Positions 56,139 to 64,000 of a stretch of DNA of 64,000 nt are shown here, one piece after another. Source of the stretch: an uncultured Collinsella sp. (GTDB taxonomy: Bacteria > Actinomycetota > Coriobacteriia > Coriobacteriales > Coriobacteriaceae). Numbering within the stretch: the stretch's first letter is position 1; each line of letters begins with the position of its first letter. A program made the position numbers and the translations under genes. Under the pieces are notes generated by a model. That model saw nothing but the letters and a program-made list of their open reading frames with translations, did not search any database and was not told the origin of the DNA. The stretch spans positions 504-64,503 of the forward strand of contig CABUVB010000001.1 in assembly GCA_902494815.1 (NCBI GenBank). Direction: 5' to 3'.

Positions 56139-56960
56139 ATGGACACCACCTTCAGCCACATCAAAGCCGTGTTCTGCGATATCGACGGCACGCTGCTCAC
56201 GAGCCAGCACACGGTGTCCCCGCGCACCGTGGCGGCGATTCGCGCACTGCGCGAGCGCGGCGTGCTCTTTGGCCTGTGCACCGGGCGCGACGCCCACGCG
56301 ACCGAGGCCATGTACGAGCTCTGGGGCATCGAAGGCCTGGTGGACGTGCTCGTGGCCTGCGGTGGCGCCGAGGTCATCGACCGCGCGCACGACATCAACG
56401 AGCTGAGCTATCCGCTGCCGGGCGAGACCATCGCGCGCATCTGCGAGCACATGGCAGACCTGCCGGCAACGCCCGTTTGCCCTCGGGACGGCGTGCTCTA
56501 TGTGCCCGAGAGCAATGCGTGCGTCGAGCACCTGTCGCGCGTCGACGGCGTGCCCTACAAGGTGGTCGACTTTGCCGAGTTTTTGCGCGAGCCGCAGACC
56601 AAGGTGATGTTTACCATGGCGCCCGAGGTAATGCCGCAGGTCATCGAGCGGGCGTCGACGCTCGCCGACGATACTGTTAAGGCGGCGGCTCTGCAAACAA
56701 CGCAGCGCCTCTACGAGTTTATGGATCCGCGCGTGTCCAAGACGCGCGGCCTTGTGCGTGTGGCGGAGCTCAACGACATGGAGCTCCAGGACATCTGCGT
56801 GTTTGGCGATGCGGACAACGACACCTGCATGGTGGCTGACGCCGGCGTGGGCGTGGCCATGGCAAACGGCAGCGATGCCACTCGTGCCGCCGCCGACTTT
56901 GTGACCGCCAGCAACGACGAGGACGGCATTGCGATCTTTATCGAGGAACATCTGCTGTAG
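56139..56960 (+). CDS. Cof-type HAD-IIB hydrolase
   Basis: CDIDGTLL, CTGR, VSK, FGDADND, VAMANG, DGIA. Confidence 0.95.
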   Translation: MDTTFSHIKAVFCDIDGTLLTSQHTVSPRTVAAIRALRERGVLFGLCTGRDAHATEAMYELWGIEGLVDVLVACGGAEVIDRAHDINELSYPLPGETIARICEHMADLPATPVCPRDGVLYVPESNACVEHLSRVDGVPYKVVDFAEFLREPQTKVMFTMAPEVMPQVIERASTLADDTVKAAALQTTQRLYEFMDPRVSKTRGLVRVAELNDMELQDICVFGDADNDTCMVADAGVGVAMANGSDATRAAADFVTASNDEDGIAIFIEEHLL

Positions 56961-56973
56961 CGCAGGGGGAGAA

Positions 56974-57006
56974 CCACCACAAAGGGAGCAGGCACCTTTG
57001 CGGTGG
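56974..57006. repeat. REP-like hairpin, family C, copy 4
   Basis: CCACCACAAAGGGAGCAGGCACCTTTGCGGTGG. Confidence 0.75.
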
Positions 57007-57466
57007 CCTCTGGCGATTTGGGCGAATTGATGCCTAAAATCTGCGCGAAAATTCAAATTTAGTTGTTTGAACATCACGCTTTTAACCACCGATGGGTTAA
57101 AGATATTTCTCATCAGTTTGGTAGGATATTCCTCTCGGTTAATGACCTACCGCTCACGGTCGATTTTCGACCGTTCACAGGATGTTCACTCTTGAGAAAA
57201 ATGTTGTGCAAATAAATGAAATGCTATTAAAAAACTGATAACTAGCTTAATTACCAGTAGAAATAGATATTTCATAGCGAATAAACGAAGGTTAATCCGA
57301 GTAAATGTCAAGAGAATTGAGAATTCGCTACAAAACTATCGGTATTTTTGCTTAGATGTTCAAACAATCGTTACAATATGTACAACAAGCGTGCGCAATT
57401 ACAGGTTGCGCAGATACGTTTGATAGTGAAAGAGCAAGATCGCGGTCTCTTGGGGAGGAGACATCG

Positions 57467-60400
57467 ATGAAAGCGAATTCAGAAAAAACTAAGCAGAGTA
57501 AAAAAGCGACGCGCCGTGTACTGGCAGGCGTTTTGTGCGGAGCCTCCGTGTTGAGCCTGGTACTGTCGCTCGTCATGCCTCCGATTTCGCAGGCCATTGC
57601 CAACGATGCCCAGGCGGTTTCTACCGAGGAAACTGTGATGGGGGGGGGTTCCTCAAGTGAGTCTACTGATGTAGACAACACCAACAACGGGGATACCGAA
57701 AACCAGAATAGTGACGATGTCGAAAACGGCGTGGGCGATGCCCAACCGGAGGAGCAGCCCAAGGACGAGTCGCAGGCAGAAGATAATGAAGCGGTCGACG
57801 ATGGCACTGTCTCGGTAGCCGAAGAAGCTGCGGAGAACGAAGAAGCAGCCACGGCTATTGCTAATGGCGGTGAATTGCGAGATAAGCTTCAGGGCGTTGG
57901 GGAAAATCAAGCTGTTAGCTTTGAGCTTGCAAACGATATCGACTATCCCGGCGAAATCAAACTTGAGAAGAGCGGCAGCAATATAACGCTGGACTTAAGC
58001 GGCCATAAAATCACGCATTCGGGCGACAATTCAAATAAGCCGCTCTTCAACATCATCAATAACGCGGCGCTTACAGTTAAAGATTCTAACCAAGGGTCTG
58101 ATCAAAAGCAGACTTCGGATGGCGGCAATAATGGGCGAGTTGCCTCGATGGACTACGACACCAGCTCTGGCATTCCGACCAAACTCACGTATTACGTGAC
58201 CGAATCGACGCCGAACGGTACGGGGACAACCGAGACTCTCTATAGGCACGAGGTCAGCATCAACGGTGCCATCGTGGGTACCGCTGCCGGCTCCACGATG
58301 AGGCTCATCAACGTTTATGCGGGCGGTACGTTTAATCTTGATAGCGGTGTAATTACCCAACAGTATAATTGCAATGTTGGCAACCTCATCTATGCCGAGA
58401 ACGGCTCTACCGTCAACATGAGCGGTGGCTATGTGTGTGGCGCTTCTAGCTCGGGTACGGGCGCGGGCATTAAGGTGTCCAACGATAAAGGTAAGGCCTC
58501 GACCCTAAAACTGACCGGTGGCGTAATTGCCGGCAACAGCGCTCCTAGTGGCGGCGGTGTGTATGCTGGAGGTTCCACGGTCACCATAACTGGTGGCGTA
58601 ATCTCCGGCAACAGCACACTTCCTTCTGGCACTGGTTTCGGCGGCGGCATCATGGCCGAAGGCGGCAGCGTCACTGTTTCCGGTGGCTACATCACTAACA
58701 ATAAATATGCCAATTTCTGTGGCCAAGATGGTTATGGCGATCATGGCGGCGCTGGACTTGCCGCTAGAAACGGTACTCATGTCACCATTTCGGGCGGCCA
58801 GATCACGGGCAACTATTCTGAGGAAGCAGGCGGCGGCGTTTACGTTACCGATGTCGATCGCAATGACCAGACATCTCGCCAGGGAATGGCATGGCTCAAC
58901 ATTACAGGGGGGATTATTGCCTCTAACGTGAGCAATCGTTCTGAGGGCGCTGGCATTCGCGTGGGCCAGATGGTTGACGCGATGATTAACGGTACTGAAG
59001 ATAGTAAAGTCTACATTACAAACAATCACTGCATGTCTCGCTTTGACTGGGGTGGCGGCGGCATCTTTGTTCAGGGAAACTCAAACCAAGGCAAGGAATA
59101 TACTGCTGGTAAGCTATTCATATATAACTCGTACATTAGCGCCAATGAAGCTGGCGGCTACGGCGGTGGCGTTGCAGTCTGCCCCACGGGCAAGACGTTG
59201 GTAACGAACACTGAGGGCACGGCAATCTTTGGCAATTCGTCTGCCAAAGATCAGCAGGACGCAAAAGCTGATTATAATTCTGAAGAGAATAGCGGTAACG
59301 AAGGCACCCCTCACCTATCCGCTGGTGGCTACGAAGGCCTTGAGCACAAAAAGAACCAGGATGCTGACGCCTACAATGCCAAAGAGTTTCGCGAAAACGG
59401 CCACGCGGACTTCTTCCTTGCGGCGGAGGATCATAAGACCCCGATCGCGGCGGTGATTGGCAAAATGCTTGGCGGCGGTGACGCCAAATACAAGGGAAGT
59501 AAAGAGCTTACGCAAGCCATTACTATCCCCGCTAACGGTGGCGTGCAGGTATATAAAAGCATCGGCCTGAGCTCGGGTGTTACAGCTCAAGACGAAGCCG
59601 CGATCAATGCGCAAAAAGTTGCGACAACGTTCATCACCGGCAACTATTCCTGGGACCATGGCGGCGGCATCATGTCGAACGGCGACCTGTACATGGGCGC
59701 GCCTGAGGACACGTATGTCTATCCGAGCCTTAAGCTCAAGGCGACCAAGAAGCTGAAAGGCCGCGACCTCAAAAAAGAGGAGTTCTCCTTTACGGTGTAT
59801 CGCAAGAATTCAGACAACCCTTTGGCTGGCACGACATTCAATCGCAACGTTTGCACCGAGGTTGGAACAGCAAAAAATGATGCAAGCGGCAATATCACGT
59901 TTGACCTTGGTGAACAGTTCGCAACGGGTGGCACGGGTAACGAAATCACATACTACTTGGTCGAAGATGCCGGCGATGATCCTGACATCACGTGCGACTC
60001 CAGTGTGTATGAGATTGTGGTACGGACCCAGGATAAGCCGACCAAGCTCATGACTGTTCCGAGTAAAAATAATCCGAACGAAGAGAAGGAATTTCTCATC
60101 CATAACTACACGATTACAGACGTCAACGGGACCAAGTACGAACTCGATAAGTCTGGGAAGTGGGTTAACAAAAAAACGTGGAGTGTCGCGAAGAATGTCG
60201 ACGGCTATTATCAAATTATCTGTGAGGACGGTTCGCCGACTTTCACTAACGTATGTACCGCGTACGACTCGACTGGCGTTTGGATCCCTAAGGCGACCAA
60301 GGTCGCTAAGGGTGGCGAGATGAAGGAGTTCACGCTCGAGTTTGCGGATAACGAGAACTTCGATAGTCCCAAGACGGTTATGACCGACCCCGACGGCGTG

Positions 60401-60886
60401 ATTACCACCACTGCCGACGGCAAGAAGTCTCAGACCCGGAGCTTCGACGAGATTGAGTACAAACTCGATCAACTCGACAAGCTCAAGACCGACTCTACTG
60501 GCCGTGGCGCCTCCAAGACCTTCACGTACTATGTGCGCGAGAAGGACGAACACTTGACCTATCCGCATTACAAGTTTGATCAGTCGGTCTACAAGTTCAC
60601 GGTTACGGCAACGGATAATGCCGAAGGACACATCGACTGTGCGGTGACCTACAGGAAGGGAACCGTTGACCCCGGCGGTACGTGGAAAGACACCGATAAT
60701 AAGGACCACGAGTTTCCCGACACTACCCCCACCTTCACCAACACCTACTCCACCTCTTTGCCCCTTTCTGGTATGTCGGGCGTCACTCTGACGTACCTTG
60801 CCGGCGCGGCGGTGCTTTGCGCTGCTGCGGCCTGGATGCACATTCGTCGTAAGACGAATGCGAAGGGAGGTAAGCGTCGTGAATAA
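57467..60886 (+). CDS. Sortase-anchored pilus tip adhesin/surface protein with Gly-rich beta-helix-like repeats and two Spy0128/FctA-like domains
   Basis: Signal peptide, repeated GG.I.GN..GGG(V/I)Y units, ATKKLKGR..F.F..YYLVE and ATK..YYVRE..FTNTY, LPLSG plus TM plus basic tail. Confidence 0.85.
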   Translation: MKANSEKTKQSKKATRRVLAGVLCGASVLSLVLSLVMPPISQAIANDAQAVSTEETVMGGGSSSESTDVDNTNNGDTENQNSDDVENGVGDAQPEEQPKDESQAEDNEAVDDGTVSVAEEAAENEEAATAIANGGELRDKLQGVGENQAVSFELANDIDYPGEIKLEKSGSNITLDLSGHKITHSGDNSNKPLFNIINNAALTVKDSNQGSDQKQTSDGGNNGRVASMDYDTSSGIPTKLTYYVTESTPNGTGTTETLYRHEVSINGAIVGTAAGSTMRLINVYAGGTFNLDSGVITQQYNCNVGNLIYAENGSTVNMSGGYVCGASSSGTGAGIKVSNDKGKASTLKLTGGVIAGNSAPSGGGVYAGGSTVTITGGVISGNSTLPSGTGFGGGIMAEGGSVTVSGGYITNNKYANFCGQDGYGDHGGAGLAARNGTHVTISGGQITGNYSEEAGGGVYVTDVDRNDQTSRQGMAWLNITGGIIASNVSNRSEGAGIRVGQMVDAMINGTEDSKVYITNNHCMSRFDWGGGGIFVQGNSNQGKEYTAGKLFIYNSYISANEAGGYGGGVAVCPTGKTLVTNTEGTAIFGNSSAKDQQDAKADYNSEENSGNEGTPHLSAGGYEGLEHKKNQDADAYNAKEFRENGHADFFLAAEDHKTPIAAVIGKMLGGGDAKYKGSKELTQAITIPANGGVQVYKSIGLSSGVTAQDEAAINAQKVATTFITGNYSWDHGGGIMSNGDLYMGAPEDTYVYPSLKLKATKKLKGRDLKKEEFSFTVYRKNSDNPLAGTTFNRNVCTEVGTAKNDASGNITFDLGEQFATGGTGNEITYYLVEDAGDDPDITCDSSVYEIVVRTQDKPTKLMTVPSKNNPNEEKEFLIHNYTITDVNGTKYELDKSGKWVNKKTWSVAKNVDGYYQIICEDGSPTFTNVCTAYDSTGVWIPKATKVAKGGEMKEFTLEFADNENFDSPKTVMTDPDGVITTTADGKKSQTRSFDEIEYKLDQLDKLKTDSTGRGASKTFTYYVREKDEHLTYPHYKFDQSVYKFTVTATDNAEGHIDCAVTYRKGTVDPGGTWKDTDNKDHEFPDTTPTFTNTYSTSLPLSGMSGVTLTYLAGAAVLCAAAAWMHIRRKTNAKGGKRRE
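57640..57648 (+). repeat. G9 homopolymer tract near the 5' end of the adhesin gene
   Basis: GAT-GGGGGGGGG-TT; frame currently intact. Confidence 0.9.
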
Positions 60887-62549
60887 GAAAGTTTGCTCCT
60901 TCCCGATCTTGTTTGCGCTGCTTGCCCTCCTGATCGGCACCTGCGCGGTCGTGTTCCCCGCTTCCGCGCAGGCTGCGCCGACCTCGACCGGTTCCATCAC
61001 GGTGAGCGGCACCGTGGCGAGCAGCTACGACGCCTACCAGATCTTTAGCGCCAGCGTCGTCGACGGCGACAACGACGCCAAGATCGCTACCGACCTCGCC
61101 TGGGCAAGCGACGCCGTGCGCGCCGCTGCGCTGCCCGTGCTGCACAGCGGCGGCATGCCCAAATCCCAGACCACCGCGCAGGAAGCTGCCGAGTGGCTCA
61201 ACGCCGATTCCCACCTTACGAGCACGCTGAGCGCACAGCTCGCTCGTTCCCTCCAGAGCTCTGGCGCCGTGTCTGTGGCCCTTAACGCGGGCACGACGGC
61301 CGAGCTGCCCTGCGGCTACTGGCTCATCGTCGCCGCCGCCGACGCCATTTCCCAGAACGAAGTCGGCACCGCGCCGATCATGGCCCTGGTCGGCGGCAGC
61401 GCCGTCACCGTCAAGCCCAAGGCCGCGACGCCCAAGGTCCAAAAGCACGTGCTGGAGGACGGCACCGCCGCCTGGCAGAAGGCCGCCGACGCCACGGTCG
61501 CCGACGACCTGTACTGGCGCCTCTCTGCCACGGTCCCGGCGGGTCTTACCGCCTACGACACCTATACGGTGCGGTTCGTCGACACCATGAGCGCGGGGCT
61601 CGACCCCTCCAAGGTCGCCGCGAGCATGCGCGTGTACGTGGCGGCGGGTGCGGACGGAGGCTTTGACGCAGTCTCGGCCGGCAGGGACGGCCGCGCCGGC
61701 ACCGAGCCCGCGGAGGGCTGGACCGATATCACGGCCCAGTGCGCCACCAAGGTAGCGGCCGACGGCAAGACCTTCACCGTGCGCACCGGCGACCTGATCG
61801 CCGCGCTCGGCGGGGCCGACGCCTTTACCGCGGGCGCCCGCGTGGTCGCCGTGTACAATGCGCCGCTCACCAGCGCATGCAACCACGGCATCGCGAAGGG
61901 CAACCCCAACGAGGTCTACCTGCGCTACCCGCGCTCTCCCTTTGCCGACCAGTCCGGCGACGCCGGCTTTACCCGCACGCCGAGCGACGATGCGTGCGCC
62001 TACACCTGGGATCTCGCGCTCACCAAGCGCGGCAGCGACGGCGACAAGCCGCTTGCCGGGGCGGTTCTGAGCATCGCCGACGACCGCGGTCGCACGCTGG
62101 CGGCCGACGGCACGTGGGATGCAGAGGGCAAGGCCACCGTCACCACGGGCGAGGACGGCCGCGTGACCGTTTCGGGCGCGGACTCGGGCAAGCTGGAGGT
62201 CCGCGAACTCAAGGCGCCCAAGGGCTACACCGCCTTTGAGGGCACGCGCTCCGTGACGGTCAAGGCCGAGGGCCTGGACGTCGACCAGGTGGCCGCCGCC
62301 AAGCCCAAGCTCACCATCACGGCCGAGTCGCCCCTGCGCGCCGACAGCGCGGACGGGTCGACGGGCAGCCTGGAGGCGTCGCTCATCAACACGCCCACCG
62401 GCACACCCCCTAGCATTACCACCGGAGGCTTTATGCCCTCGACTGGCGATATGGCAATGTACGCCGCGGCCGCCGCAGCGGTCGCCGGAGCCGCGCTCAT
62501 CGTGGTCGCGCTCCTGGTCAAGCGGGGGGGTGGCAGCCATAAAGAGTAG
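60879..62549 (+). CDS. Pilin subunit (isopeptide D2 plus SpaA domains), probably ancillary/base
   Basis: Signal peptide, YDAYQIF, KAATPKVQK, E-box ELKAPKGY, MPSTG plus TM plus basic tail; overlaps the previous gene. Confidence 0.85.
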   Translation: MNKKVCSFPILFALLALLIGTCAVVFPASAQAAPTSTGSITVSGTVASSYDAYQIFSASVVDGDNDAKIATDLAWASDAVRAAALPVLHSGGMPKSQTTAQEAAEWLNADSHLTSTLSAQLARSLQSSGAVSVALNAGTTAELPCGYWLIVAAADAISQNEVGTAPIMALVGGSAVTVKPKAATPKVQKHVLEDGTAAWQKAADATVADDLYWRLSATVPAGLTAYDTYTVRFVDTMSAGLDPSKVAASMRVYVAAGADGGFDAVSAGRDGRAGTEPAEGWTDITAQCATKVAADGKTFTVRTGDLIAALGGADAFTAGARVVAVYNAPLTSACNHGIAKGNPNEVYLRYPRSPFADQSGDAGFTRTPSDDACAYTWDLALTKRGSDGDKPLAGAVLSIADDRGRTLAADGTWDAEGKATVTTGEDGRVTVSGADSGKLEVRELKAPKGYTAFEGTRSVTVKAEGLDVDQVAAAKPKLTITAESPLRADSADGSTGSLEASLINTPTGTPPSITTGGFMPSTGDMAMYAAAAAAVAGAALIVVALLVKRGGGSHKE

Positions 62550-62657
62550 CTGGCAGCCCCACAGAGAGCGGGGCGAGACGTAGCGAAGTAGATGCTAAGA
62601 CACAGACAGACAGATTTAGATCAAATGGAATTCGAGCAGAAAGCAGAGGAAAAGAAG

Positions 62658-64000
62658 ATGAGCATGAGCAAGAACATCGCACGCCTGGCAGTAACCGCCG
62701 GCCTCACGGCGGCGCTGAGCTTCGGCGGAGTCATGGCCCCGGTGACCATGGCGTTTGCTGCGGAGGGCGACAATAGCATCACGATCAATTGGGTCGACGA
62801 AGCCAACAAGGACAATTCGTTCAAGGCTTATCAGATCTTCAAGGCTAAGGTTATTGACGCCCAGGACGGCAGCGGCAAGATTGCTTCTGACGTTAAGTGG
62901 GCAGTGGGCGAACAGGCTCAAAAGGACATTATTAAGGCTATTAGGGATAGCGAGGGCTATTCGGATTCTGATAGCAAGTTGCCTGCAGTGAATACCGAAA
63001 CCGGGAAAGATCCTGCAACCCCGCAAAATGTGGCAGATTGGCTTTCTGCAAATGTGCAGAATAAGACAACTGCCAGCGCGAACGGCAATAAGGGGACGCG
63101 AGTTGCTCCTGGCGACGTGCTGTATTCGATTGCTCAAGCTGTGATGAAAGACGAGAATGCTGTTGGCGATTCCTTTAAGGCGGGCGATTCGTGGACGCGT
63201 CCGGTCGCTGCTGGCGATGGTTACTACCTCTTCGTATCTGATGATCTTACGAATGAGGCCAAGCCGAACACCGGCACCTCCCCGATTTTCGCTATCGTAG
63301 GTGGTAAGCCCGTAACGGTCACCGAGAAGACCAGCATCCCCACGGTCGATAAGCAGATTCTCGATGACACCGCAGACAAGACGGCCGCTACTGCCACGAA
63401 GGACGACTGGAAAAACGTGGGCGATGCCTGGATTGGGCAGGTAATCGACTACAAGTTGACTGGTACTGTTGCGGCCAATATTGCCACATATAATAAGTAC
63501 CAGTATGTGTTCCAGGACCATCTCTCTGTTGGGCTGGATGCCGGCCTAGATTCCGTCGTAGTTACTATTGGAGATGTTACCATCCCTCGTGTAGATGCTG
63601 GTCAGCTCGCAAATGGCTATACGGTAGATCTTAAGGAAACCAAAGACAAGTCCGGGAACTCTACGGGCAACGATCTGACGATTTCCTTCGATAACCTCAA
63701 GGCTGCTGCGGAGGCCAAGGGTGTTACACTCAATGAGAATTCCGAGGTCGTTGTGAAATACAAAGCAACGCTGACTGACAAGGCTGAATATACTACCACC
63801 GGCAACACCAATGATGTTAAACTCGTCTATTCGAATAATCCCATGACTAGCGGCACCGGTACCTCCACGTCGAAGCGAGTTACCGACCATGTTTTCCGCC
63901 TGGATGTGACCAAGGTCGAAAAGGATAACGAGGGCCAAAAACTTGAAGCTACCTTCCAAGTTAAAATGACCAAAGAGGGAGGGAAAGAGCTTAAGGATAA
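62658..64000 (+). CDS. Major pilin/fimbrial shaft subunit, 3' end beyond the window
   Basis: Manual translation MSMSKNIARLAVTAGLTAALSFGG..., FKAYQIF, GYYLF, EKTSIPTVDKQI, LVYSNNP; no stop seen before base 64000, which explains its absence from the ORF track. Confidence 0.85.
   Translation, partial: MSMSKNIARLAVTAGLTAALSFGGVMAPVTMAFAAEGDNSITINWVDEANKDNSFKAYQIFKAKVIDAQDGSGKIASDVKWAVGEQAQKDIIKAIRDSEGYSDSDSKLPAVNTETGKDPATPQNVADWLSANVQNKTTASANGNKGTRVAPGDVLYSIAQAVMKDENAVGDSFKAGDSWTRPVAAGDGYYLFVSDDLTNEAKPNTGTSPIFAIVGGKPVTVTEKTSIPTVDKQILDDTADKTAATATKDDWKNVGDAWIGQVIDYKLTGTVAANIATYNKYQYVFQDHLSVGLDAGLDSVVVTIGDVTIPRVDAGQLANGYTVDLKETKDKSGNSTGNDLTISFDNLKAAAEAKGVTLNENSEVVVKYKATLTDKAEYTTTGNTNDVKLVYSNNPMTSGTGTSTSKRVTDHVFRLDVTKVEKDNEGQKLEATFQVKMTKEGGKELKD

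Noticed and set aside
62524..62530. G7 tract at the end of the second pilin gene
   Set aside because: Short and located after the sorting signal, so slippage would alter only the last few residues

Overview
High-GC gut actinobacterial DNA (Coriobacteriia, probably Collinsella; this is an inference from gene content and style). From left to right: (1) the 3' end of an IS256 transposase. (2) A ~24-kb pectin/hexuronate locus: uxaC-uxaB-uxaA, GPH/MFS oligogalacturonide transporter, GH28, three esterases including a CE8-alpha/beta-hydrolase fusion, GH105, TIM-barrel isomerase, GltD-like and Old-Yellow-Enzyme reductases, dhuI/kduD, and FadR-gntP-sugar-acid dehydratase. Nine copies of a LacI-type operator (GGTGAACGTTCACC) precede four of these units. 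(3) A ~7-kb accessory insert: arsC/spx-like gene, DHA2 MFS with a uORF, CBS protein, MGMT, a tRNA-Met 3' att remnant, a broken tyrosine integrase and an AAA ATPase. (4) gntR, eda, kdgK and a LacI regulator. (5) A glutamine-synthetase-like gene lacking three metal ligands, paired with an atypical GlnR-like regulator. (6) htrA and ligA. (7) A low-GC pair of Tat-secreted cysteine peptidase and lipoprotein. (8) MerR-MATE and heterodimeric ABC exporters. (9) A DUF559/Vsr-like nuclease gene bracketed by 61-65-bp palindromes, with a further solo copy elsewhere. (10) moaA, a moaC-mobB fusion, an MFS and a HAD. (11) A sortase-type pilus operon with a G9 tract, running off the window end. No CRISPR array, rRNA or intact tRNA was seen. 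The best candidates for undescribed systems are the palindrome-flanked nuclease and the pseudo-GS/GlnR pair. All calls come from motif recognition by eye; no database searches were run.
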